DNA from: the human T2T-CHM13v2.0 reference genome, Homo sapiens
Assembly (NCBI RefSeq): GCF_009914755.1
Contig: NC_060927.1
Length of the DNA stretch: 64,000 nucleotides
Direction: 5' to 3' (one strand)
A model generated the notes under the pieces. It saw nothing but the letters and a program-made list of their open reading frames with translations. It had not been told where the DNA came from and did no database searches. Of the stretch, positions 43,384 through 55,309 are shown one piece after another; positions within the stretch are counted from its first letter, which is position 1, and the number at the start of each line of letters is the position of its first letter. Both the position numbers and the translations under genes were made by a program.

Positions 43384-46297
43384 TGATATGGTTTGGATGT
43401 TTGTCCACTATAAATTGCATATTTAAATATAATCTCCAGTATTAGAGGTGGGGCCTGTGGTGGGTGTTTGAATCGTAGGGCAGATCTCTTTTGAATGGCT
43501 TAGCACTACCCCCTTGGTGATGAGTGAGTTCTTGCTCTATGTTCATGTGAGATCTGGTTGTTTAAAAGTATGTGGCACATCCTCTTCTCTCTCTTGCTCC
43601 CTCTCTCTTGGTTTAGCTCTCGCCATGTAATAGTTTCACTATCTAACCCTGCCCAAGTCTCATGTTGAAATGCAATTCCCAATGTTGGGGGTGGGGCCTG
43701 GTGGGAGGTGACTGGATTATGAGGGCAGAGTTCCCATGAATGAAGTAAGTTCTCATGAGATCTAGTCATTTTAATGTGTGTGGCAACTCCCCTCCCCTCA
43801 CTCTCTTGCTCCTGCTTTTGCCATGTGACATGCCAGCTCCCCCTTTGCCTTCTGCCATGAGTGTAAGCTTCCTGAGTCCTTATAAGCAGATACCTCATGT
43901 CATGATTCCTGTATAGCCTGCAAAACTGTGAATCAATTAAATCACTTTTCTTCATAAATTATGCAGTCTCCAACGTAGCAATGCAAGAATGGCCTAACGC
44001 ACCATGTGATGTGTCTGCTCCCCTTTCACCTTCCTGCAGTAACTGTAAGCTTCTATGACTGTAAATTTCCTCATCAGAAACAGATGCTGGCACCATGCTT
44101 CTTGTACAGCCTGCAGAACCATGAGCCAATTAAACTTCTTTTCTTCATAAGTTACCTAACCTCAGGAATTCCTTTATAGTAATGCAAAAATGGTCTAGTA
44201 CAGAATATTGGTCCTGAGGAGTGGGGCATTGCTCTAAAGAGAAGTGAAAATGTGAAAGCAGGTTTGGAACTTGGTAACAGGCAGAGGCTGAAAGAGTTTG
44301 GAGGGCTCAGAAGAGGACAGGAAAATGAGGGAAAATTCGGAACTTCTTAGAAACTGGTTAAATGGTTGTGATCAAAATGCTAATAGAAATATGGACAGTG
44401 AAGTCCAGGCTGAACAGGTCTTAGATGGAAATGAAGAAGTTATTGGAAACTGGAGTAAAAGTCACCCATGTTATGCCTTAGCAAAAAGCTTGGATGCATT
44501 GTGCACATGTTCTAGGGATCTGTGGATACTTGAACATAAGAGTGATGACTCAGGGTAACTGCCAGAAGAAATTTCTAAGCAGCAGAGCATTTAAGAGGTG
44601 GTCTGGCTACTTTTAACAACCTATGATCAGATATGGAAGCAAAGAAATGACCTAAAGTTGGCACTTATATTTAAAAGGGAAGTAAAGTGTAAAAGGGAAG
44701 TAAAGTGTAAGTTTGGGAAATTTGTAGCCTTGCCATATGGCAGGAAAAGAATCCAAGCAGGCTGTAGAGTAACCACTTACTAGAGAGATTAGCATGACTA
44801 AAAGGGAGCCAAGTGCTAATATCCAGGACAATGGGGAAAAGGCCTTGAAGGCATTTCAGAAATCTTAGAGACAGATGCTCTCAGCTCTCATCACAAGTCC
44901 AAAGGCAGAGAAGGAAAGAATAATTACAGGCGCCAGGCCCAGGGCCTCATTGCCCTGGTCAGCCTCAGGACACGGCTCCCAAGATCCTGGCAGCTCCAGA
45001 TCCAGCAGTGGCTCAAAGAGCTACAAGTACAGCTCAGGCTGCCACTCTGGTGGACATATATCATAAGTCTTGGTACGTTCCACTGTGTGTTAAATCTGCA
45101 GGCATATAGAATGCAAGTGTGAAGGAGGCTTTGAAACTTCCTCCTAGATTTTAAAGGTTGTTTGAGAAAGCCTGGGTGCCCAGGAAGAAGCCTGCCACAG
45201 GGGCAGAGCCTTTACAGAGAATCTCCACAGGGCAGTGCAGAGGGTAAATGTGGGGTTGGAGCTCCAACACAGAGTCCCCACAAGGGCGTTGCCTCATGGA
45301 GGTGTTGAAGGGAGCCACCACCCTCCAGGCCCCAGAATGGTAGGGCCACAGGAAGCTTGCATCCTGAGCCTAGAAAAGCTGTAGGAACTCAGCTCCAACT
45401 CATGAAAGCACCCATGGGTGCTGCACCTTACAAAGTCACAGCTGCAGAGCTGTCCAAGACCTCGGGAGCCCACTCCTTGCACCACTCCATGTACTGGATG
45501 TGGGACATGAAGCCAAAGAAGACTATTTTGAAATTTTAAGATTTAGTGGCTGCCCTGCTGGGCTCTAGTCTTGCATGAAGCCCATAGTCCCCTTCTTTTG
45601 ACCAATTTCTTTCTTTTGGAATGGATATGTCTACTCAATGCCTGTACTGCTATTGTATCTTGGAAACAAATAACTTAGTTTTGATTTCATAGGCTCATAG
45701 TTGGAAGGAACTCCATCTCCAGATGAGACTTTGGACTTTGCACCTTGCCATCTTTGAGTCAGGACTGGAACAATTTAAGACTTCTGGGGACTGTTGGGAA
45801 GGCACTATTGTATTTTGCAATATGAAAAGTACATGTGATTCGGCAGGTGGGGAGGGGCTAAGTAATATGGTTTGGATGTTTGTTGTCTCCAAATTTCATG
45901 TTAAAATGTAATACCTGGCATTGGAGGTGGGACCCAGTGGAAAGTGTTTTGGTCATGGGAGTAGATCCCTCATGAAAGGCTTAGTGCCATGCCCTTGGTG
46001 CACGAGTGAGTTCTTGCTCTGTGTTCACATGAGATCTGGTTATTTTAAAGGGTGTGGAACCTTCTCACTTTCTCTCTTGCTCCCTCTTTCTTGCTCCAGC
46101 TCCTGCCATGTTACATGCCTGCTCTCCATCTGCCTTCCAACATGATTGGAAGCTTTCCGATGCCCTCACCAGAAGCAAATGCTGGTGCCGTGCTTTCTGT
46201 ACTGCCTGCAGAACTGTGAGTCAATTAAACCTCTCTTCTTTAAACATTACTCAGTCTCAGATATTTCTTTATAGTTATGCAAAAATGGCCTAATACA
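43384..46297 (+). mobile_element. Complete MST-type MaLR provirus (LTR 43384-44202, internal, LTR 45863-46297)
   Basis: Two related LTRs, polypurine tract ggtggggagggg, TSD gttat / gctat, MaLR internal ORF remnant EGSEEDRKM. Confidence 0.9.
43628..44001 (+). mobile_element. MST-type solo LTR nested in the 5' LTR
   Basis: Second LTR sequence flanked by a perfect 5-bp TSD ccatg. Confidence 0.8.
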
Positions 46298-48496
46298 GCT
46301 ATCAACCACGGAAAGACAGAGAGTAACTTTAAATGCATTACTACTAAGCGAAAGAAAAGAATGCGAATAGGCTACATACTGTATGATTCCAACTACGTGA
46401 TGTTGTGGAAAAGGCAAAACTATAGAGACTGTGAAAAAAAGATCAGTGGTTGCCAGGGCTTGAGGGAAGAGAGAAATGAATAGAAAAAGCACAGAGGATT
46501 TTTTAGGACATAGAAACTAATCTGTGTTACTACAATGGTAAATACATGTAATTATACATCTGTCTAAACTCATGGAATATAGAACACCAAGAGTGAACCC
46601 TAGTATAAACTATGGAATTTGGATGGTAATGACATAGCAATGTAGGTTCATCAGGTGTAACAAATGTACCATTCTGATAAGGGATGTTGATAGTGGAGGA
46701 GGCTGTGGGTGTGTGGGGGGCAAGTAATATATGGAAACTGTGCCTTTTGCTTAATTTTGCTGTAAGCCTAAAATGGCTTTTAAAATAAAGTCTATTAAAA
46801 GTAAAACAAACAAACAAACAAAAAAACAAAAAAACAGACTACAGCAGTATAGATAGTAACATAATCTTACTAGAGTATTTATCCTATTTTGTATTAAAGG
46901 GAAATTGTTGTACTCCCATGAATGGGCACACCATAGTCAACCTATTGGTGGTAAACCTAGAAATTAATTTGAAGTCTTCTAACCTCAGGTTTTGGTAGCA
47001 GTAGGGTATGTTAAATCTAGTGTCCAAAGCCAGGGAGCTTTTTTTTTTACTAATTTTTGACTCAGAGCTGGATGTGGGGTAGATTCATGGTTTGGGCAAT
47101 GCCAGCTCCTCTTCAACGTCATTCTCTAAGTCATAATTTCCAAGTATGCTGACAGACCCCGTTCATGGGAGCCTTTGTATAGTAAAGTTGGCTTGGTAAA
47201 TGACACAGAAACAGGTATGCTTATCTCATGGAAAAGATCTCTACCACAACAATCTCCCCATAATATGATGTTTTTTTCCTTGAACCCGCAAGGAACATGC
47301 ATAATTTGATTAGTACACATGGTAAATGTAGCTTAATATTGGGCATTTGAAACCTAATATTCCATTTCCTTGAAAAAAGTGTCTTCGGTATGTCTGTGGT
47401 ACCTTACAGGAAGAAAGAGCTTGAAACGAAAAGGGCTAGTAATTCTTACAAAGAGCATTTTCATTGTATAAAAAAATAGCTTTAGATTTCTGTGTTCATT
47501 ATTACTTATGACTTCGAAAATATCACTTGAGAGCAAAGACATTTCATACGTAGATATTATATTTTAAATATTTCTATAAAATCCAATGGCACATATAAAT
47601 AACCCATAAGCAATATATAGAAATAGACAGCATCACCAATTTGATTGATGCTAAGGAAGAATACTGATTTGGAATTTGGCTGGCTGAGCCACACATTATT
47701 CTCATTTCCAACTGGGACATTTAATAGCCCTTATTGTCACTGGAAAATTGCTTCCTTTTTGAATGACTAGAGAATGAGCTTGAGTCTTTTCAATCAGGAT
47801 TCAGGAAGATGCTAATGTATTCTCTTGAGCACAGAAAGAATATATTTTTCTGGGGTCCAAACGATCAGGCTTCCCTTTTGCTAGCTGTAATTTTATGAAG
47901 GTATTTTACTCAAACTAACTTTTCTTGACTGTGGCTTTATGATCTTGGGGGTAACACAAGCGATCTCTCATCTTCATTGTACTACAAGGAAATAGGCAGT
48001 CTAATGTGAGTCAAAGAAGTACAATTACTTGTAAAAGGGAGAGGAAAAACCATTGTTCCCTTTTCCCCAGTGGAACCCCCGCCTTGGCACAATTCTGGGA
48101 TTGCTTCCCACCTCCCTGGCCACTGCCCCTGTGGGTTGCTCTGACTGATCTAGTTTGGTCTCCTCATGAAAGCAGCCCTAAGCTTTGAGAATAGGTTTAT
48201 GGCTATTTTATCTTTTTTTAATTAAAAATTCATTCAGTTTCAAAAAAAAAATCTTCTGATTAATCCCCTTCTGACATAATTTTCTGAAGCCTATATCAGT
48301 AGACTTAAATAAAATGACACATGTATTTATCACATAGTTTATGAAGCACCCTCACATATTGTCTCCTTGCCAGTGGCCCATTATCTCCATTTATCTTTTA
48401 CAGGGGAGGGCTCAAGTTCTAAGAGGTCTAACTCAAGGCCACAGGGAAACAAATTGCAGAGCCAGCACAGGAGACTTTGTTCTCCAACTTCTTGTA

Positions 48497-48686
48497 ATTG
48501 GTTCTCAAATTTGAGCATGCATTAGAATCGCCTGGGGGACCTGTTATTAAAACACAGATTTCTAAGCCCCACAAGCAGAGTTCTTGATTCAGTAATTCTT
48601 TGATGGAACCAAGCATTGCATTTCAAACAAATTCTCAGGTGATGCTGTTGCTGCTGATCTGGGAACTACACTTTGAGATCCACTGG
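48497..48686 (+). mobile_element. MER5A
   Basis: ggttctcaaatttgagcatgcattagaatcgcctgg...cactttgagatccactg. Confidence 0.8.
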
Positions 48687-49340
48687 TCTAGAACACACTG
48701 TAAGTGTTAGTCTCATGTTCCTTACACCAGACCAAGAACAATTTCATGAAATAAAAACAAGTATGTAATACAAAGGACAGGATAATATTATAAAAATATC
48801 TTCAGACCCATGGCCTCCCTTCTTCTGACCCCTTACCAAAGAAGTTCAGAGTTTATCATCATTGCTGTCTTACTGTAATGCCCTGAGGTTGAAGTGGTAA
48901 TAGCCTGATGGTATGGAGAGAGGAGACTCTGTGGTCTTTGTGTTAGCAAAATGTGTTTCCAGAGTATGATCATTTTCATCTTTTCTGGTGATTCATCACA
49001 TGCTGCTCTCTCAGCAGGCTTTCGGCATTTGGCATCCACAGGAAACTCCAGCTTGACTTAAGGAGTGAGGTAAGTCTTATTTTCAGCAAGGAAATATTCA
49101 CCATTGCTAAATTAGTTTGGATTTGCTTTAGATTTAAACATGGGTTTATTTTAAAAGACACTGAGGCCAAAGGAAAAACAAACAGCCCTGCATGTGTTGG
49201 GGAAGCACTGTCTTATTGACAGAGAAGCTGGCTAGCTGAAATCAAATGTTTTTCAGAACAAAGATATTATGGTCTTAAGATTTCACTTGAATTTAAATTC
49301 TAGAATATTCTAACAATAATGAGCATTTAATATGTGCTAG

Positions 49341-49413
49341 ATTTTTAAAAATTTTACTTTAAATTCTGGGATACATGTGCAAAACATGCAGTTTGTTACA
49401 TAGGTATACATGT
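49341..49413 (-). mobile_element. L1PA extreme 3' tip within a MIR (about 49310-49590)
   Basis: tactttaaattctgggatacatgtgcaaaacatgcag..ttgttacatagg. Confidence 0.7.
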
Positions 49414-52398
49414 GCAGTTTCTGTGGCATTCCTAGCAAACCTAAGAAGGAGGATTTTAAATATCTCCATTTTATTTATGAGAAAACCAAGGCCAAAAGAG
49501 ATGAGGTGATCTACCTAAGATCACGTAGCTTATTAAGAGGAGGGATTTGAACCCAAACTTAGTCTGGATTCTGTGTTTGGGCTTACAACCATTATTCACT
49601 AAATGACCCATGATATCTGAAAAGAATCCATAGGGAAAGAAGAAGCAAGAATGAGACTAAGCCCAAGTGTAATGCTTTCCCAGGACTGAGCCAGCAAAAT
49701 GTAATAATTTTCCATCTTAATTCCTTTGACTTACAACTGGGAACCAGTATTCTGGGTCCAAGACAGACAACCTCAAACCTTGGATGACTCATGGATACTT
49801 TTAGCTCATCTAGGTAAATTGCCTTAACAACAACAACAACAACAACAAGCAACAACAATAATAAATTAGTGAGTAGTAATGGGAAAGAAAACTAAATGAA
49901 ATAATTTGATTCAGATACATAGAAAATTAAGGAAGAAAACAATTCTGTTTCACCTGATAGGTCCTAATTTAATCTAGTATCAAGGTCTGGTATCAATCAT
50001 TTCTCTCTCAAAAGCAAAAATAATAAGACTTTTTTTTGTTACATGAGTCATTTTGTGAAACTAATTAACTTCCTGTGGAACACAATGCTCTCCCATTATT
50101 TTTTGGCCGAACTATCAGGTGGTTAACTCCTTTATTTATTTCTTCTTTTTAAAAAATTGTCTACCAAACTAAAGTTGAGAAAGAGGAGAGGGAGGGTCAG
50201 AGGGTGTCACAATTGTTACCCTTCTCAACATTCATATTATTACTTGGTTACCAAAGACCTCAGCTTGAAATGAAGGAATATTAGCTCAAGTTATGGACTC
50301 TTTGCTGCTTTCAAATTGTTTTTAACTATGCAATTGTCAAACTTTCTTAGGAGTTTCTGGAGTTCTTCATTTAGTGCTGAGAAAATAAATAACTTTAATT
50401 GATATATCAATTTAAATTTATGAGGAGTTTCATATATATTATTCAGTTTGATTCTTGTAACAATTCATGACCTAACTCATGTGGGTACTATACTTCTTAT
50501 TTTTCAAATGCAGAAACTAATACCCAGGGAAACGCATGTGGAAAAACTTTTATTTAGTAAATGACAAAATTCAGATTTGAATCCCAGCTTTAAAACAATA
50601 AAATTTTAGTTCTTTTTAGTTTTTGTACTATAATGTAATACCAGATTATATAAAATAACCTTATTATAGTTTTTCTTGTAATCACCATTGAAAACAGTTT
50701 ACGTATGTATTTTAAAGGAAAACACAATCCATTTTTTCCCAAGCAAGTTATTAATATTTGAGGAATGTGGAAACTCAAATAAAAGTTCTGTTTTAAATTT
50801 TGGAAAGTAATTTCAATACAAAGTCTTTAAATTACAAAAAAAACTTTGAAAATCATTGATAAACTATTTTGAAAGTGTTATATTTGTAATTTGTTGACAA
50901 GTGCTAATTTTCCATTTCAAAGATATGATTAAAAACAAAATGAAGTTCAGTTTCCAGTTCTGCATGCTTGGAAGTTGCCACTCTGTCCAAACAATAGGTA
51001 AAAATAAGTAAAAAGCTAAATAAACTAAAAAATAAATAAATAGAAACAACTTAGATACTTCACAGAAGCAAAGTCACAGGGTAAATCTGCTATCTCCCAA
51101 ACTGGAAATACGGGCAGATAGAGAGACTCTCCATATACCAGAGAACAAATCTCCCCAGGAATCATTGCTGAAGTAGAAAAACCTGAGCTATAATTGACAA
51201 ATTCCTGGAGGCTAACTGTGGACAAGTCTGAGAGTTAAAAACTTCAGGCGGACCTAGTCATAGGAGGGTACTGACATGTTTGTGAGTTTTATCACCAGGT
51301 TCTCACAGAAAACATCAGAAAGAAATACTTCCATGCTTCCAGCAAGGGAGAAGGGAAAGGATCCATTCTGAATTAAGCGCACCCTGTTCTTAATAAGGTC
51401 TGTCCTCAAAAGAAACCAGTTAACCAGAGCCTAATTTCCTAGGGAAAACCCAGCTGACTTGGGAGAAGAAAAATACCCAACTGAAGCCTACTTTAGCCAT
51501 TTTGTTCCACTTAAGGTTTGGGGAAAGGATGGAGAAGCATGTGTAAAGTTCACAGTCCAGAGAGACAAACTCACTAAAAGACTGAAACCTACTTGTAGAA
51601 CTATATAATCCTTCCCTTCCCACACACCTCACCACCACATTACTAAAGACCTATTTACAGCAGTCGCTTTGATCCAATACATTAGGTTTGACTATCAAGA
51701 AAAAATTCAAGGCAAACTAAAAGGCAAAAAACATTATGAAAAGACAGTGAAAGCATCAGAACCAGACATGGCAGGGAATTTAGGATTATCAGGAAATTTT
51801 AAAACATTATTAATATGGTAAGAGCACTAACGGGTAAAGGAGACTACATGCAAGAACAGATGGGCAATGTAAGCAGAGAAATTGCAATTCTGAGAAAGTA
51901 CCAAAAGAAAATGCTGGACACAAGAAAACACTAACAAAAATAAAGAATGCCTTTGATGAGCTTTTTAGTAGACTAGACATGGCGGAGAAAAAGGTCTCTG
52001 AACTTGAGACTATATTAATAGAAACTTTCAAATCTGGAAAGCAAAGAGGACAAAGATTGGGCGGGGTGGAGAGGTGGGGACAGAGGGAGAATAAAATATC
52101 CACAAACTGTGGAACAACTACAAAAAGTATAACTTACATGTAGTGGAAATACTAGAAGAAAAAGGAAAACAACAGAATATTTGAGACAATAATAACTGAG
52201 AATTTTTCCGGATTAATATCAGACACCAAACCACAGATTCAGGATGTACACAGAACACCAAGGAAGATAAATGACAAAAACAAACAAACAACAACAAAAA
52301 ACTACACTTAAGCATGCCATTTTCAAACTACAGAAAATCAAAGATTTTTTTTCTAAATCCTGAAAGAAGCCAGAGGGGGATAAAACAGCTAATTTTAT

Positions 52399-53139
52399 TG
52401 CTTTTAGTTTGTGTGTGTGTGTGTGTGTGTAGATATATAGTAGGTGTATATATTTATGGGGTACATGAAATATCTTGATACAGGCATACAATGTGCAATA
52501 ATCACATCAGGGTAAATGGGGTATTCATTACCTGAAGCATTTATCCCTTCTTTACGTTACAAACAATCCAATTATACTCTTTTAGTTATTTTTAAATGTA
52601 AAATAAATTATTGTTGACGGGAGTCACTCTGTTGTGCTATAAAATACTAGATGTTATTAATTCTACCTAATTGTATTTTTGTGCACATTAACCATTGTCT
52701 CTTCCCCTAGTCACTATACTTTCTAGCATCTGGTAACCATTGTTCTATTCTCTATCTCCATGAGTTCAATCGTTTTAATTTTATTTCTCACAAATAAGTG
52801 AGAACATGAAAAGTTTGTCTTTCTGTGCCTGGCTTATTTTGCTTAAAGTAATGGCCTCCAGTTCCATCCATGTTGCAAACGACAAGACCTCATTCATTAT
52901 TATGGCTGAATAGTACTCAACTGTGAATATGCTCCACATTTTATTTACCTGTTTGTCTGTTGATGAACATGTACATTGCTTCCAAAGCTTAGCCATTGTG
53001 AATAATGCTGCAATAAACGTGAGTGTGCAGATATCTGTTTGATATACTGATTTCTTTTCTTTGGGGTATAGACCTAGCAACGGGATTGCTGAATCATATA
53101 ACTCTATTTTTAGTATTTTTTTTGCAAGTTCCAAACTAA
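52399..53139 (-). mobile_element. 5'-truncated L1MA (L1MA2/3-like)
   Basis: ORF2 C-terminus (FATWMELEAITLSKISQAQKDK); 17-bp TSD aaaacagctaattttat. Confidence 0.9.
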
Positions 53140-53554
53140 AAAACAGCTAATTTTATAGAGAAACAAAAAAGAAATACATCTGATTTCTCTTTGGAGACCA
53201 AGCAAGCAATAAGAAAGTAGAGTGAAATATTTGAATTATTGGGGAAAGAAAAACCCACCAACCTAGAATTCTGTACCCTGTGAAATTATCCTTCAAAAAT
53301 GAAGGAGAAATAGACTTTGGCAGACAAACAAATATTGATGAACTTGCACTGCAAGAAATGTTAAACAAAAAAAGATTTTTAGAGAGAAAGAAAGTGATAT
53401 AGGTCAGAAACTCATATCTACATAAAGAAAGAGCATCAAAAAAGGAATAAATGCAAGTAAAATAGAAACTTATTTTTGCTATTCTTCATTGACCTAACAG
53501 ATAATAGTTTGTTCAAAATAAAAACAGAAACAACATATTAGTTATGTATGCATA

Positions 53555-54404
53555 TGATACAGACAAGAGGCAGGGAAATACTGGGTAGAAAAGGGAAGGG
53601 TCTCTGGTGAGGGCTCCACCCTCAAGCCTAAACCCACAGCCCTAAGTGAGAGCTTCACATCCTTGTTTTCCCACCTGAATGTTGCCTTTTGGCTCACCAT
53701 GCCCCCTATCCTATGCCCATAAGAACCCCAAACCCCAGACTCAGCTCACACACACACAGAAGAGAGAAGCATCTGAATGTCGAGAGAAGAAGTAGCTGGA
53801 CATTGGAGACTACAGTCAGAGAGGAGTTTGCCAGGGATGGTCAGTGACTGCTGGGGAAGGCTGAACTCCAGGGCAAGACTGCCTTCCCACTCAATACCCT
53901 TTCCAGCTCCCATCCCTCTGAGAGCCACTTCTACCACTCAATAAAATCTCCACACTCACCATCCTTCAAGTCTGTGTGGCCTCATTCCTCTTGGGCACCA
54001 GACAAAAATTTGGGATGCACTGGGTGCGGGAACCCAGAAAAGGCTGTCACATTGGCCCTTCGCCCTTGCTGGCAGTGGGCAGCTGCCTCATACAATGAGG
54101 CAAAAGGCTCACTGGGCTGGTAACATACCCTGTGGGGCTCCGGGGCTCACAGGCACCCCCTTCCAGATGGCAGTGCTAAAAGAGCATGGTAACGTGCTAG
54201 GATGCTGCCAAGCGGCCTACACAGAGCCTCCTCCCACCAGAGAGGAGCCATCAGCCGGTTCCAGCATTTGTTAGCTTTGTCTCCTGCACCTACTCACCTG
54301 CATGCTCCCCATCCCATGAGGGGTTCAGAGCTGCAGGCTGAGTAAATGAGCCGCCCCTTCACAAGTCCCACTCCTGAAGGGGCCAAGGGAACTATCCCAT
54401 TTTG
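53555..54404 (+). mobile_element. ERV1 solo LTR (LTR28/LTR1/MER50-52 group)
   Basis: tgatacagacaagaggcagggaaatactgggtagaa...aataaaa...ggggccaagggaactatcccatttt. Confidence 0.78.
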
Positions 54405-55002
54405 TGTATATATATATGTGTGTTATACACACTTATATATAAGTGAAATAAATGATAACAATGAGATAAAGGATGAGAAGCAGCAATGAGGATTATTTCG
54501 TTATAAGGTACTCACACTGCCTTTGAAGCAGTACGGTGTTACTTGAAAGTGGGCTTGAATTAGTTGTAAATGTATTTGCACACTCTAGGGAAACCACTAA
54601 AATAAGTTTATAAATGAATGTAACTGATATGTTTTATTGATACATTACAATGCTGTATGATATTGATACATGATAATGATATTCATACATTATAAATGAA
54701 TGTAACTGATATGCTAAGAATGGAGAAAAAATCCAATCATATAAAATTCTCAATTAAAATAACAAAAAGCAGAAAGAAGACAAAAATAAGAACAAAGAAA
54801 AAGGGAACAAATAAAACAGCAATAAATGTGCCAAATATTAATCCAATTATATCAATAATCATTTTGAATGTCCATGGTCTAAATGCAACACTTAAAAGAC
54901 AGAGATTGTCAGAGTGGATCAAAAAATAAGTCCCAACTGTAAGTACCCACAAGAAACCTACTTTAAATATAAAGGCACATTTAAATTAAAAGTAAATGAA
55001 TG

Positions 55003-55309
55003 GGTTGGGCACCATAGCTCACACCTGTAATCCCAGCACTTTAGGATACAAAGGCGGGTGGATCACTTGAGCCCAGAAGTTCAAGACCAGCCTGGCCAAC
55101 ATAGTGAAACTCTATCTCAACTGAAAATACAAAAAATTAGCTGGGTGTCATGGCACATGCCTGTAATCCAAGCTACTTGGAAAGCTGAGGCAAGAGAACT
55201 AATTGAACCCAGGAGATGGAGGTTGCAGTGGGCTGAGATCATGCCACTGCACTCCAGCATAGGCGACAGAGATAGACTCTGTCTCAAAAGAAAAAAAATA
55301 AAAATAAAA
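55003..55309 (+). mobile_element. AluS (Sx/Sz-like)
   Basis: Full dimer with A tail; approximate TSD aaagtaaatgaa / aaggtaaatgga. Confidence 0.9.

Larger units (their letters stand above)
40910..46830 (+). mobile_element. L1MC1-like ORF2 and 3' end, with nested insertions
   Basis: ORF2 RT-region sequence; L1MC 3'UTR (acaccaagagtgaaccct...aataaagtctattaaaa). Confidence 0.85.
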
